Below are positions 52,632 to 61,879 of a stretch of DNA of 64,000 nucleotides, one piece after another. How positions within the stretch are numbered: the first letter of the stretch is position 1; the number at the start of each line of letters is the position of its first letter. Where the stretch lies: positions 64,001 to 128,000 of IMG/VR virus record IMGVR_UViG_3300032180_000001; one strand, written 5' to 3'. This DNA is from a virus. The notes below the pieces were generated by a model. It did not search any database. It was not told the DNA's origin and worked only from the letters and a program-made list of their open reading frames with translations. The position numbers and the translations under genes were made by a program.

Positions 52632-53712
52632 TTACAGGTCGTCTAGCGCCCGCAGCAGCTTCCTGGCGTTCGCTTCGAAAGTTCTGTCGGCAACAGCTTC
52701 CCGCGCCTGCTCCGCTATCTTGCCCCGTTCTGCCTCGTGCGTGATATACCAGTGCAGGATTTCGCTGGCATCTTCCGGGTCGGTGAACCGCGGCAGCATG
52801 TGCAGCACTTCGTCTCCTTCCGGGCGCGCGTCCCGAAGGAAGGGCAATCCGATGGCCGCCATCTCTACCTCGCGCGGCCCCATGGCCCAGCCCTGGCCAG
52901 CGTAGGCGTCTTCGGACTCACGCCGGTACAGATTGATCCCCATCTTTGCGTGCCGGTACAGCTCCGCCGTTTCCGTGTTGTCCACACAGGTATCGCGACC
53001 GTGCCCGATATACTTCCGCAGCCTGCTGTCCGGTGCCAGCTCCTCGTCCCAGTAATTGCCGCCAAGCAGCACGTCGAGGTTCCCCAGATCGAGGCGCTCG
53101 AAAAACTCGGCACGGCTCTTGAAGCAGGTTCCGATGAAGGTCAGATCGGCAGCCAGCTCCGGGTTCACCGGCCCGCGCCGAGGGTAGTGCACGTCCGGGC
53201 GGTACGCGTGCGGCATGTACAGCGCCGGGCCAAGTTCCCGGTACGCAGCGATATTAACTGGATCGTTGAGGAGGTTCAGGTCAGCATGCTGAGCCCGGTC
53301 CAGTTGCTCTCCGTCCTGATAAGTAAGGCGATTCTGTATGAAGGATCACTTGCTTCATTTTCCGTAGCTTGAAAAGCTGGAACATGCCCCCGGTAATAAA
53401 GAACCCGGACACGTACAGAATAACGTCAGGCCAGAAAGTCATCGCCGCGTGGGTCAGCCCCTGCATCGACATGACGATGGCGTCCTTTTGACTCTTCACG
53501 GCCTGCTCGACGACAGGAAGCCCCTGTTCGTCCGTCACAATGTTGCCATGCTCATCTGTTTTCGGAAGAAGAGCCTTGGAATAAAACACGAGCCGATCGT
53601 TCAGGTTATACATAAGGACCTCATTGCCCAGCTCGCGCAATGCATCAGCCCATCCGTAGTAAACATCAGCAACCGAGAAGTCCGGGCCGGGGTGACATAT
53701 CAGAATACGCAC
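52632..53712 (-). pseudogene. CgeB-family glycosyltransferase frameshifted by a 4-bp duplication (53320-53327)
   Basis: GGAGG then GTG 53712. Removing one TAAG gives ...HTESPYQDGEQLDRAQHADLNLLND...MPHAYRP...DLTFIGT...Y..AKMGINLYRR...GPREVEMAAIG. Confidence 0.8.
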
Positions 53713-53821
53713 AAAACCACCTCCTCCCGATGACACACTCGAAATTTTATGGTACGATTTATTCGGCTCGGTAGCACCGGTCAGGGGTACTTCCGAGCCT
53801 GATCGCATCGGAGGTGCGACT

Positions 53822-54355
53822 ATGCCTGATCATACACAGGCGGAGCGCTGGCTGCCAGTGCCGGGGTACGAAGGATTCTACGAGATCAGTAATCGCGGTC
53901 AGGTCCGCAGCATCCGCCACATGACGCAGGCCGGATGGCGCGGTGGCAAGCTGCTCTCACCGTTCCTCGATGCCGATGGGTACTTGCGTGTCAACCTCAG
54001 TCGTTATGGTGCTACTCGAAGTGTTACCATCCACACTCTCGTGCTGACAGCATTCGACCGTCCCCCTGCAAGCGGGGAGCAAGGCAGGCACGGACTCGGC
54101 GGGAAAACTGACAACCATCTAGAGAACCTGGAATGGGGAACGCCACAGGAAAACAGTGACGATAAATACAGAGACGGCACGATGGCCTGTGGCGAGAAGC
54201 AGGGAAATTCAAAACTTACCGCTACTGATATAAAATCAATCAGAACTCGTCGTGCTGCCGGGGAGGAAGCAAGTTCACTAGCTCTTAACTTTAAAATAAG
54301 TGAGACACATGTAAACCGAATCGTAAAGCGTGAATCGTGGCGTCACATACCGTAG
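53822..54355 (+). CDS. NUMOD4-HNH endonuclease with C-terminal HTH (antisense insertion)
   Basis: ERWLPVPGYEGFYEISNRGQVRS; GRHGLGGKTDNHLENLEWGTPQEN; paralog of 24848-25594. Confidence 0.9.
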   Translation: MPDHTQAERWLPVPGYEGFYEISNRGQVRSIRHMTQAGWRGGKLLSPFLDADGYLRVNLSRYGATRSVTIHTLVLTAFDRPPASGEQGRHGLGGKTDNHLENLEWGTPQENSDDKYRDGTMACGEKQGNSKLTATDIKSIRTRRAAGEEASSLALNFKISETHVNRIVKRESWRHIP

Positions 54356-54365
54356 CTCAGTACAT

Positions 54366-54788
54366 TTAAATCACGCCGCACTGCACACCAATCCTGGCTC
54401 CAAAGAAAGTCACTCCATTAAAAAGCAATCGCCCGTAGCTCTCAATTGCGATAGGCTCAGCGAAATGACAGGCTCCGCCCAAGGTTGGATCAACCATAAT
54501 GGCTTCTGGAATACTACTCGATGTTATATTTTCTCCTATACCGAGAAAACTATCCAGGGCGCGTTGGACAGCCTCGCTAGGCGCTGCATCACTGATCGCA
54601 ATAAGCACCCTTAGATTACAGGTGAACGCCCCGTCCATCGTAGCACCATAGGTAACGTATGGTTGGCCTGGCAAAATCACCGCGACAGGAGGCTGGATCG
54701 AGTCTTTCGCCTCGGCCATAACCCGCAGACCCGTCTTCGCGGCGATCTGATTCGCCAGGGCTGCCCGAACCGCACCAAGATCAGCCAC
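54366..54788 (-). CDS. tail terminator-like protein
   Basis: VRAALANQI...PPVAVILP...IMVDPTLGG pattern; TAGTG overlap at start. Confidence 0.7.
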   Translation of the reverse strand: MADLGAVRAALANQIAAKTGLRVMAEAKDSIQPPVAVILPGQPYVTYGATMDGAFTCNLRVLIAISDAAPSEAVQRALDSFLGIGENITSSSIPEAIMVDPTLGGACHFAEPIAIESYGRLLFNGVTFFGARIGVQCGVI

Positions 54789-55246
54789 TAGTTCTCTCCT
54801 CCGCTTGCTTGCTCTCCCGAATGGTGCCGCAGGCGCTCCTCGACGTGCGCGAGATGCCGGGCATGAACGTCCGCAACAAACGCGGCCGTTATCGATCGGG
54901 TACCGGGGTGATCTGGATGATGACGGCGGCACAGGTTATAGGTCATTCCGGTAATGGGATCAGTCAGGGCATGATGTCCTAGCCGCCAGCACCAGCGCTG
55001 ATGACAATTGTGTTTCTTATAGATGGCAATTAGACCACCGATAATTGTCACTTCCGCCAGATCGCTGCCGAAACCCGAGAAAAACCCATAGTAGGGACCT
55101 GGCTCGTTAATGGTACCGGTATGAAACTGAAGCCAGTAGCCCAGGCCGAAATGAGTCACGTTCCACTGCCAGATTCCGTACGCTAGTACGCCTAGCAAGG
55201 CAACCGGAACAAGATACCAGAAAGTTTTCACACAAGTATGTCCCAT
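54788..55246 (-). CDS. membrane protein with His/Cys-rich C-terminus
   Basis: GPYYGFFSGFGSDL...HNCHQRWCWRLGHH...LCRRHHP. Confidence 0.65.
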   Translation of the reverse strand: MGHTCVKTFWYLVPVALLGVLAYGIWQWNVTHFGLGYWLQFHTGTINEPGPYYGFFSGFGSDLAEVTIIGGLIAIYKKHNCHQRWCWRLGHHALTDPITGMTYNLCRRHHPDHPGTRSITAAFVADVHARHLAHVEERLRHHSGEQASGGEN

Positions 55247-55851
55247 TCCAGCGCCCAGGCTTCTTCCCGCTGGCCTGTGAACGGCATTAGCCTGCCCCAG
55301 GACACCATCCCCGCCGGATGTGTCAGGACCGCATGCCCGTCGTGCGGCAGGGAAATACCCATAACCAGGCCGGGTACCGGAGCATCCTCCGCAACCCGGA
55401 AGAAATCTCGCAGTCGCACCCGGCAGCCGCCACTCCTTGCCGCTTCCAGCGCGGCCTCGATCGACGTACCGCTGTCTACGGTCCCGCCGGCTAGGCGGTG
55501 CAAGGCCAGGATCTCATCGTCGGCTAGGACAATGCCGGTCACGGTCGCGAGATGGTAGGCGATCGCCAGGGCAGAGCAGGTTGGATAGACGTCGTTGAAG
55601 CCAGGCACTTTCGACATCACATCGGATGCCATGGCAGCTCGCTTAGCCGCCGTGTTCGCGGTAACCAGCGGGGAGACACTCGCCTTGTACAACGCCGCCT
55701 GGTGCTTCTGCTGCGCGGTCTGCTTCGCCTGTAGTGCGGCAAACTGCTTCTGTCCCGTCGGCAGCAGCGTGCGGGTTACCCACGACCGGGATCTCCGCGG
55801 GGTGTAGACCCGCTGCCACGGCCCGCCGCCCCACCCTTTTCCCCGGGCCAT
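55228..55851 (-). CDS. hypothetical protein; C-terminal half resembles a papain-fold peptidase
   Basis: TCSALAIA...GHAVL...MVSWG. Confidence 0.5.
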   Translation of the reverse strand: MARGKGWGGGPWQRVYTPRRSRSWVTRTLLPTGQKQFAALQAKQTAQQKHQAALYKASVSPLVTANTAAKRAAMASDVMSKVPGFNDVYPTCSALAIAYHLATVTGIVLADDEILALHRLAGGTVDSGTSIEAALEAARSGGCRVRLRDFFRVAEDAPVPGLVMGISLPHDGHAVLTHPAGMVSWGRLMPFTGQREEAWALEWDILV

Positions 55852-56041
55852 AACCGGCCCTTACCGCTGGTGCGAGGACCCGCTACCCGGAGCATGACCA
55901 CTGTGCCCGACGGAGTGAGGATCTGCGGGACAATACCCCAGCAGTTGGTCGTCGTCAGCACAGGTCTCGTCCTGTCCACACCAGAGCCTCCTGTTCGAAG
56001 TCCCGGCTCCGGCTGTGACAAGCTGGCCGCAGGCTACAGTA

Positions 56042-56854
56042 TCAGTGTAGACGTTCGAGCAGCTCGTCGCGGTAGTTCGTCACCACAAAGTCAAGCAGAG
56101 CCCCTCGGTAGTTCGCCACCACAAAGCTCAGCAGATCATCGACGCGCTGCCCCTTCCAGGACACCCATAGTTCTAGATTGTCAGGCCGATTATCAGTCTT
56201 GATGCCATTCTTGTGATGAACCTCCTCTTCTCGAAGTAGCGGACGCCCTAGCTGTTCCTCCATGACTAGACGGTGTTCGAATCGATCCCTGCCATTAACC
56301 TTAATTTTTCGATAACCATTTTCTGTAACCCAGCCGCGATCATCGTGATAGTAGGCCGGGCCATCCATCGGGCTGCCTGCCTTGCGTCGTCGCTCATGCC
56401 GAGGGCAGAGACCGCTTGCCGAACTTATCTTGGGCTGGTCGCATCCTTCCCAGACGCACTCCGGAACGGGTTCGTCTTTCCGGCGATGCGGTCGGATTGG
56501 CGCGTTCATATCTGAATGCAGAATGTACTTTCGATGATAATGCACCGAGCAGTATCCACGTGAGCTATGCGGACGATCACAGCCAGGGTGACTACACAGC
56601 TTCTTTTCAGCAAACGGTACGTCCATGTTCCGGCCATTACGAACCCGCTGATAGTGTGCCGAACAGTATCCGCCCGCATGATGTGGCCGATCACAACCAG
56701 GATGATTGCAGTTTCGTTGACTGCCCCTGAACGGTATGTTCATGTCCCGACCCGTGAGCTGACGCTGGTAGTGCGCGTTGCACAGACCTGTTTTCTTATA
56801 AGAACGAGGCCGGTCGCAGCCAGGCCACGTGCAGGTAGACTGATCTTGTGTCAT
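56042..56854 (-). CDS. HNH endonuclease with four N-terminal CxxxGC...C..HY Zn-finger repeats
   Basis: EHRLVME..LGRPL...EEVHHKNGIKTDNRPDNLELW; TAAAAT 6 nt before ATG. Confidence 0.9.
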   Translation of the reverse strand: MTQDQSTCTWPGCDRPRSYKKTGLCNAHYQRQLTGRDMNIPFRGSQRNCNHPGCDRPHHAGGYCSAHYQRVRNGRNMDVPFAEKKLCSHPGCDRPHSSRGYCSVHYHRKYILHSDMNAPIRPHRRKDEPVPECVWEGCDQPKISSASGLCPRHERRRKAGSPMDGPAYYHDDRGWVTENGYRKIKVNGRDRFEHRLVMEEQLGRPLLREEEVHHKNGIKTDNRPDNLELWVSWKGQRVDDLLSFVVANYRGALLDFVVTNYRDELLERLH

Positions 56855-56903
56855 ACCCTTATTTTAACACACCGACCAGAATTTCAAAAACCAACAAATT
56901 CGA

Positions 56904-57845
56904 TCACACGCCGACTTTCAGGCGCTGATCGGTATACGGGCGAAGCATTTCGATGATCCACGGATTGGCCTGAATTCTCACGACACCAAGGTCTCCTGCC
57001 CCAGCAATGCCAAAAGGCGCATCCTTGCGCTTAAACCATTCGGTGGCCAGCTCCAGGCAGGCCTGCGATACTGTCGGCGGAACAGATGGCCATCCCCAGG
57101 TGCCGGTAATCTGCACTCGGTCCATGTGCGCGAACGGGTAAATATACGGGAACCACTTACCGTTCTGCAGTACCTGTACCTTCTTGAACGGGCGCTGGAC
57201 TCCGAGAGCGTTCAGGTTGTAGCGATCTTTGCCAAACTTGAGCTGGTAGTCCACGTTCTGCGTCCACGCCTCAGCGAACACGCCATTCCCGGTCTGATCG
57301 ACGTTAAGAGAGGTGATGCTGACCAGAGGGTCAATCGTCAGTTCCCGGATGTCGTAGGGTACGAACGTCCGCGTCTCGGTAATCCGGTAAAAATGGGTGG
57401 CGCAATGCTCATTGATCCACGTACTCGCCGCCTGGATGGCCTGCTGCATGGCGAAATCGTCGGAACCGTCTTCAACGCTGATCCGGTCTCGCAGCTCCTC
57501 CAGTCCGCAGTACCAGTTGCCGAGTTGGGGCGGGAACACGCGCCAGGTGCCTGGTTGAACGTCGGAAACAGCTCCGGTACCGATCCAGATGTAGCTCCAC
57601 AGCCCGTCGATTCCGGTGATGGCCGGGGAACAGGGCACGATAAGCTCATAATGCCCAACCAGTGGCTTGGTGATGTCTGCGGGAGAGGCACCGTTGTACG
57701 TATGAACAACCTGATTTCCTGATGGATCAGTGACAACACAGGAAACAGTTGTCGGATCGGTGTCGACGAGTGGGTCGCCCGCCTGAAACTCGTTGCTGAG
57801 CAGGGCTATCTCGTTCTGGTTGTCATAGTAGATAGTGCTGGTCAT
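56904..57845 (-). CDS. head-to-tail adaptor (gp6/gp15-like) with N-terminal extension
   Basis: YCGLEELRDRI...AIQAASTWINEHC...F...TWGWPSVPPTVSQACLELA...FKRKDAPFGIAG. Confidence 0.8.
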   Translation of the reverse strand: MTSTIYYDNQNEIALLSNEFQAGDPLVDTDPTTVSCVVTDPSGNQVVHTYNGASPADITKPLVGHYELIVPCSPAITGIDGLWSYIWIGTGAVSDVQPGTWRVFPPQLGNWYCGLEELRDRISVEDGSDDFAMQQAIQAASTWINEHCATHFYRITETRTFVPYDIRELTIDPLVSITSLNVDQTGNGVFAEAWTQNVDYQLKFGKDRYNLNALGVQRPFKKVQVLQNGKWFPYIYPFAHMDRVQITGTWGWPSVPPTVSQACLELATEWFKRKDAPFGIAGAGDLGVVRIQANPWIIEMLRPYTDQRLKVGV

Positions 57846-57900
57846 CAGGGCCTCCTGCGCGAGAACCCTGGCTCCATGACGGCCGCAGCGGTACGTACCC

Positions 57901-60351
57901 TCATGATACTCCGCTTAGGCTTCGTGCCGGGGAGGTGACAGTACTCGCGCCTGGCGCACCACCCGACACCGCCCCGTTCCGGCTCGACGCGGACTGGTTA
58001 ACCGCACTCTGCGCAGGTACCAGAGCCAGTATGCTGTCCTGGCTTACCATCGGCTGTCCGATCGACGTCGCCGTGCTGTGCCCCTTAATGGTGCTGATCT
58101 CTAGGGTTCCCGGACGCAGTACGACAGACAGTGCCTCGGCAGCCTGCGCATGTGCCGCCAGCAGTAGCGAAGCAGCGGTTATCCCTGTTCCTGTCGCTAC
58201 GCCGGCAGTTAGGGCAACCTCGGTTGAAGGTGACAGCACCGATCCGGTCCCGCTGGCAAGAGAAGGAGTCACCGCAGGAGCCGCAGGCAAGACGGTTCCG
58301 GTTCCAGTTGCAAGACCAGCAACGGTAACGAAGTCGGCCGAAGCGTCCGGAGCAGTACTCACCCCGTTGGCCACTCCGGCAGTGATAGCTGTCGCGATCC
58401 CCGCATCCAGAGCGAGTCCAGACCCGAGAGCCCCCGGATCACCGCAGAATCCCGCTTCAGATGCCAATGCAACCCCGATGCCGACAGCGAGTACGGCGTC
58501 AGTAGCGATCGCGGCAGCTACAGGCAATACGGTTCCGGTTCCTACAGCGACCCCGAGCGTGGTCTGACTATCAATCGCAGAAGCCGGGGTGGCACCTGTC
58601 CCGCTGGCAAGTCCCGCACCCGCCTGATTATCAGCATCCGACGCTAGGCTAGTTCCGCTTCCGGTTGCGGTATCAGCTACAAGCGCGAAAGAAACAACAG
58701 AAGCCTGACCCGTACCGGTAACAAGTCCAGCGGCAGTAAGCGCAGCAGTTACAGACGATACAGTCCCGATTCCGGTAGCGGTCCCCGCTGTAATCGCAAT
58801 CACGGCTGGAGTCGTAACAATACTTGTTCCTGGCGCAAAACCAGCATTCCCAACGTTATCGGCATCAGGTGCCTGGCTCGCACCCGTTCCAGTCGCGAAT
58901 CCAGGGGCTAGGCCAATTCCGGTAATACCAAGGCCGTAGAAACCTTCGCCGTAAGAACCTCCACCGTAAATGATCTCCGTCAGGGCGCTCGCAAGATCGG
59001 CAAAACCTTGACTGCCCGCACTAGCTGACGGGACACCCCCGGTTCCGCTGGCAGATCCCGCTGCAAGGCCGATTCCTGGTGCTTGCACAGTGACGAGGCC
59101 GTCAGCAAGCCCCGTGCCTGCAGCTACCGCGGATCCGGATGGCTGCGCAATGGCGAGACCGGTCGCAGATCCTGCCGCTAGGCTGATTCCCGGTGCTAGT
59201 GCTAGGCCCGTGCCCGATGCGAGTCCTACGAAGCCCTGATTATCGGCATCCGGTGCCTGCGCAGCTCCGGTTCCAATGGCAAGCCCCGCAGCTACGAATA
59301 CCGGAATCTGAGCTGTTGGTGCCTGTGCCGTACCGGTGGCGGATGCGAAGCCGGGGGTCAGTTCTGCTCCAGGGGCTCCTGCCGTGCCCGTGCCTGAAAC
59401 GAGTCCTGCGCCCCCCTGGTTGTCGGCATCAGAGGTCTGCGCTATTCCGGTTCCGGTGGCGAGACCTGGTGTCAGTCCGACCGCAAGCCCGTCAACAACG
59501 GGAGCCCCCGTACCGATCCAGGTTTGATCTGAAGCAGCAAGGTTATCCATCCAAAACGTGTTCGTGCTGTTCGATACGCTGGAGCCGATAAGGGCGAAGT
59601 TAAGTGCGGAAACGTTGTTGTTAGCTGCGTTGTTGACTGAATCCTGCAGAGTACCAGAAGCGTCGTAAAGTCGAGCGAAAGTCTGCGCATTTCCTGCCCC
59701 GGAAACAAACATGCCTTCAATTCGGTACCAGGTGTTCAGTGACATGGCGGTACCGGTACCGTTAACATTGCCGCCAGGTCCTATGGCAGAAATATGCCCG
59801 GTGCCTGTGATACCCAGCCCTAGTGCACCGGCTCCTGCACGGAATACGTACCCGATTGAATAGTTTGTCAGGTAGATATAAGCCCGCAGATAGAGGATAG
59901 CCGAGTTATACGGAAGCGGGTTCCAGCCGGTATAGCTGAGGCTCGCGGACGTGACAAACTTATAAGCCAGGGAGCCAGCGAAAACCTGAGAGTTGTCAAA
60001 GGTAATTGTTCCCACGCCACCTTGGGTAAGCGCATCACCTGACACTCCGCCGGAGTTCCCCGCTGTTACGGCCGTAGTGTTCGAGCCGCCTTCAGCTGTG
60101 TTTTTCAGCGCTAGAAAGCGAGCGCAGGCTACTCCGGTGCCTGTGGCGAGTCCGGCAGCCAGTCCTATTCCGGAAGACTGTACAGCACCGGTTCCGTGGG
60201 CGAGTCCTGCAGTGACGAATAGAGATGCCTCGCTATACAAAACAGGTGAGGCAACCGTCGTGCAGGCCGGCCATGGGAACTGCGGGACGACAATCTTACT
60301 AGTGCCGGGAACAAGTGCGACACCGCCGTCGAGCTGGATGACTACTGCCAT
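57901..60351 (-). CDS. large Ala/Gly/Thr-repeat virion protein with a lectin-like domain
   Basis: Many AGLATGTG-type repeats; internal NTAEGG...WYRIE...FWMDNLAAS domain. Confidence 0.6.
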   Translation of the reverse strand: MAVVIQLDGGVALVPGTSKIVVPQFPWPACTTVASPVLYSEASLFVTAGLAHGTGAVQSSGIGLAAGLATGTGVACARFLALKNTAEGGSNTTAVTAGNSGGVSGDALTQGGVGTITFDNSQVFAGSLAYKFVTSASLSYTGWNPLPYNSAILYLRAYIYLTNYSIGYVFRAGAGALGLGITGTGHISAIGPGGNVNGTGTAMSLNTWYRIEGMFVSGAGNAQTFARLYDASGTLQDSVNNAANNNVSALNFALIGSSVSNSTNTFWMDNLAASDQTWIGTGAPVVDGLAVGLTPGLATGTGIAQTSDADNQGGAGLVSGTGTAGAPGAELTPGFASATGTAQAPTAQIPVFVAAGLAIGTGAAQAPDADNQGFVGLASGTGLALAPGISLAAGSATGLAIAQPSGSAVAAGTGLADGLVTVQAPGIGLAAGSASGTGGVPSASAGSQGFADLASALTEIIYGGGSYGEGFYGLGITGIGLAPGFATGTGASQAPDADNVGNAGFAPGTSIVTTPAVIAITAGTATGIGTVSSVTAALTAAGLVTGTGQASVVSFALVADTATGSGTSLASDADNQAGAGLASGTGATPASAIDSQTTLGVAVGTGTVLPVAAAIATDAVLAVGIGVALASEAGFCGDPGALGSGLALDAGIATAITAGVANGVSTAPDASADFVTVAGLATGTGTVLPAAPAVTPSLASGTGSVLSPSTEVALTAGVATGTGITAASLLLAAHAQAAEALSVVLRPGTLEISTIKGHSTATSIGQPMVSQDSILALVPAQSAVNQSASSRNGAVSGGAPGASTVTSPARSLSGVS

Positions 60352-60391
60352 AACACTACCAGCATGTGATCACGCACTTATAATCACAACC

Positions 60392-60859
60392 CTACTTTCT
60401 AGGTGTACCGTTATAAACTCTCCCCTTATGCAAACCACATGTGCAGCCTGGAAGACAAGGTTGCTTCCTTGGAGCATTATGCTTTCCACAATCACAGCCA
60501 GGAAGACAAGGAGGGGACCCAGGAAGACCATGTTTTGCGCATTCGCAGCCCGGAAAACATGGTGGAGATGGTCTAAGATTTCCAACTGTTCCATCATAAA
60601 CTCCGTGACAGCTATAGCACAACGGCCTGTAGTGCCAAACATCTGAACCATCTAGTCCGTGAATTTGAGACCATTGCTTAGCAAAGTCGTTACAAAACGT
60701 GCATCCATAACCAGTAGCTTTGCCTCTTACTTTCTTAACAAGAGAATGGAGGTTAAAGTAGTCTAGTTCACCATCGTATGCCCTACCTTTGTGTCTACCG
60801 CACTCGCACCCTGGAAGGCATTTTTTACCGGGGTGATTACTTCGATTTCCTTTAGTCAT
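60392..60859 (-). CDS. HNH-like endonuclease with four CxPGCxCxxH repeats
   Basis: CTFC..FAKQWSQIHG.D...YRPLCYSCHGVYD; TATAAT 6 nt before ATG 60859; in frame with the upstream gene. Confidence 0.7.
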   Translation of the reverse strand: MTKGNRSNHPGKKCLPGCECGRHKGRAYDGELDYFNLHSLVKKVRGKATGYGCTFCNDFAKQWSQIHGLDGSDVWHYRPLCYSCHGVYDGTVGNLRPSPPCFPGCECAKHGLPGSPPCLPGCDCGKHNAPRKQPCLPGCTCGLHKGRVYNGTPRK

Positions 60860-61879
60860 AGTAGTATTATACAACATTCCTTGAATAAATTCAACCATTG
60901 AAATTCCTAACCAGCATGTTATACAGACGAGTCCATTACCACCGTTCCCGCCTGCACCGCCTGTAACTCCACCGCCTCCGCCTCCGCCGCCACAGCCGAT
61001 AGCACCATCGCCACCACGGCCACCGATACCAGCGCTAGCCGATCCGCCACCCGTTCCCCCGAAGAATACCCAGGTTAGATTGGTATAACTAGCTCCGGAC
61101 ACTCCGGCACCTCCCCCGCCTGCGACCCCGGTACCCCCAGGAAAATTAGCCGGAAAAAAATTAGGCCCTACACCTGAATATGTATTCGAATACGGTGTTA
61201 TACTACCGCCATTTGTATCGCCATTTGCAGCTGATGCGCCCCCTCCGCCGCTGCCTCCGGTTGTCATTATTCCGCCTGCAGCAAGAGTCACACCTGTAGC
61301 ATTTCCTGTTCCATTCCCGCCAGCGGAGGCGGAGGCGATAATGGAACTAGCTGATACCATCCCGACCATACCATAACCAGCATAAGACTGACTTCCATTT
61401 TCACTAGCCCCAGCTGCACCGCCCACACTAGCTGTCCCGGCTGATCCGAAAGCTGCCGACTGGTTTGAATTAGTTACAGCAAGAGCAGGGGCCTGACCGC
61501 CTATATTACTGCCGCGCATGATGTCACCAAATAGTCCTACGGCAGTAACATCGCCCGAAGAGCCGTTTGAACCAGCCGCACCGCCCGCACCGCCAGTCCC
61601 TGCATAAACATATAGAGAGGCAGGCAAGAGAAATGCCGGGACCAGGTACCGTACAGATGCCCCGGCGCCGCCACCGCCTCCGCCGCCACGTAGTGTAGAA
61701 GTGGCTCCAGAATAGCCTCCTCCGCCACCAGCCCCGGGTCCGATCAGCATCATCCAGACCATGGTAATCCCTTTTGGTTTTGTCCATATCTGACAGGAGT
61801 TTAGACCGATATTGTAAAACACCTGCTGCCGGTCACCTGTATCTGGCCAGCCAAAAAAATCAGGCATGTCAGTAATCAC
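60860..61879 (-). CDS. glycine-rich virion protein (expected stop after ITCW absent; reads into the HNH gene)
   Basis: WTKPKGITMVWMMLIGPGAGGGGG...GGNGGNGLVCITCW. Confidence 0.7.

Noticed and set aside
53713-53821. Duplicated tail terminator end beside the NUMOD4-HNH at 53822
   Set aside because: No convincing nucleotide or peptide match to GARIGVQCGVI was found.
56855-56915. Duplicated adaptor end (GTCGGCGTGTGA / GTCGGTGTGTTA) near the HNH at 56854
   Set aside because: Both copies lie on the same side of the HNH and the match is short enough to be chance.
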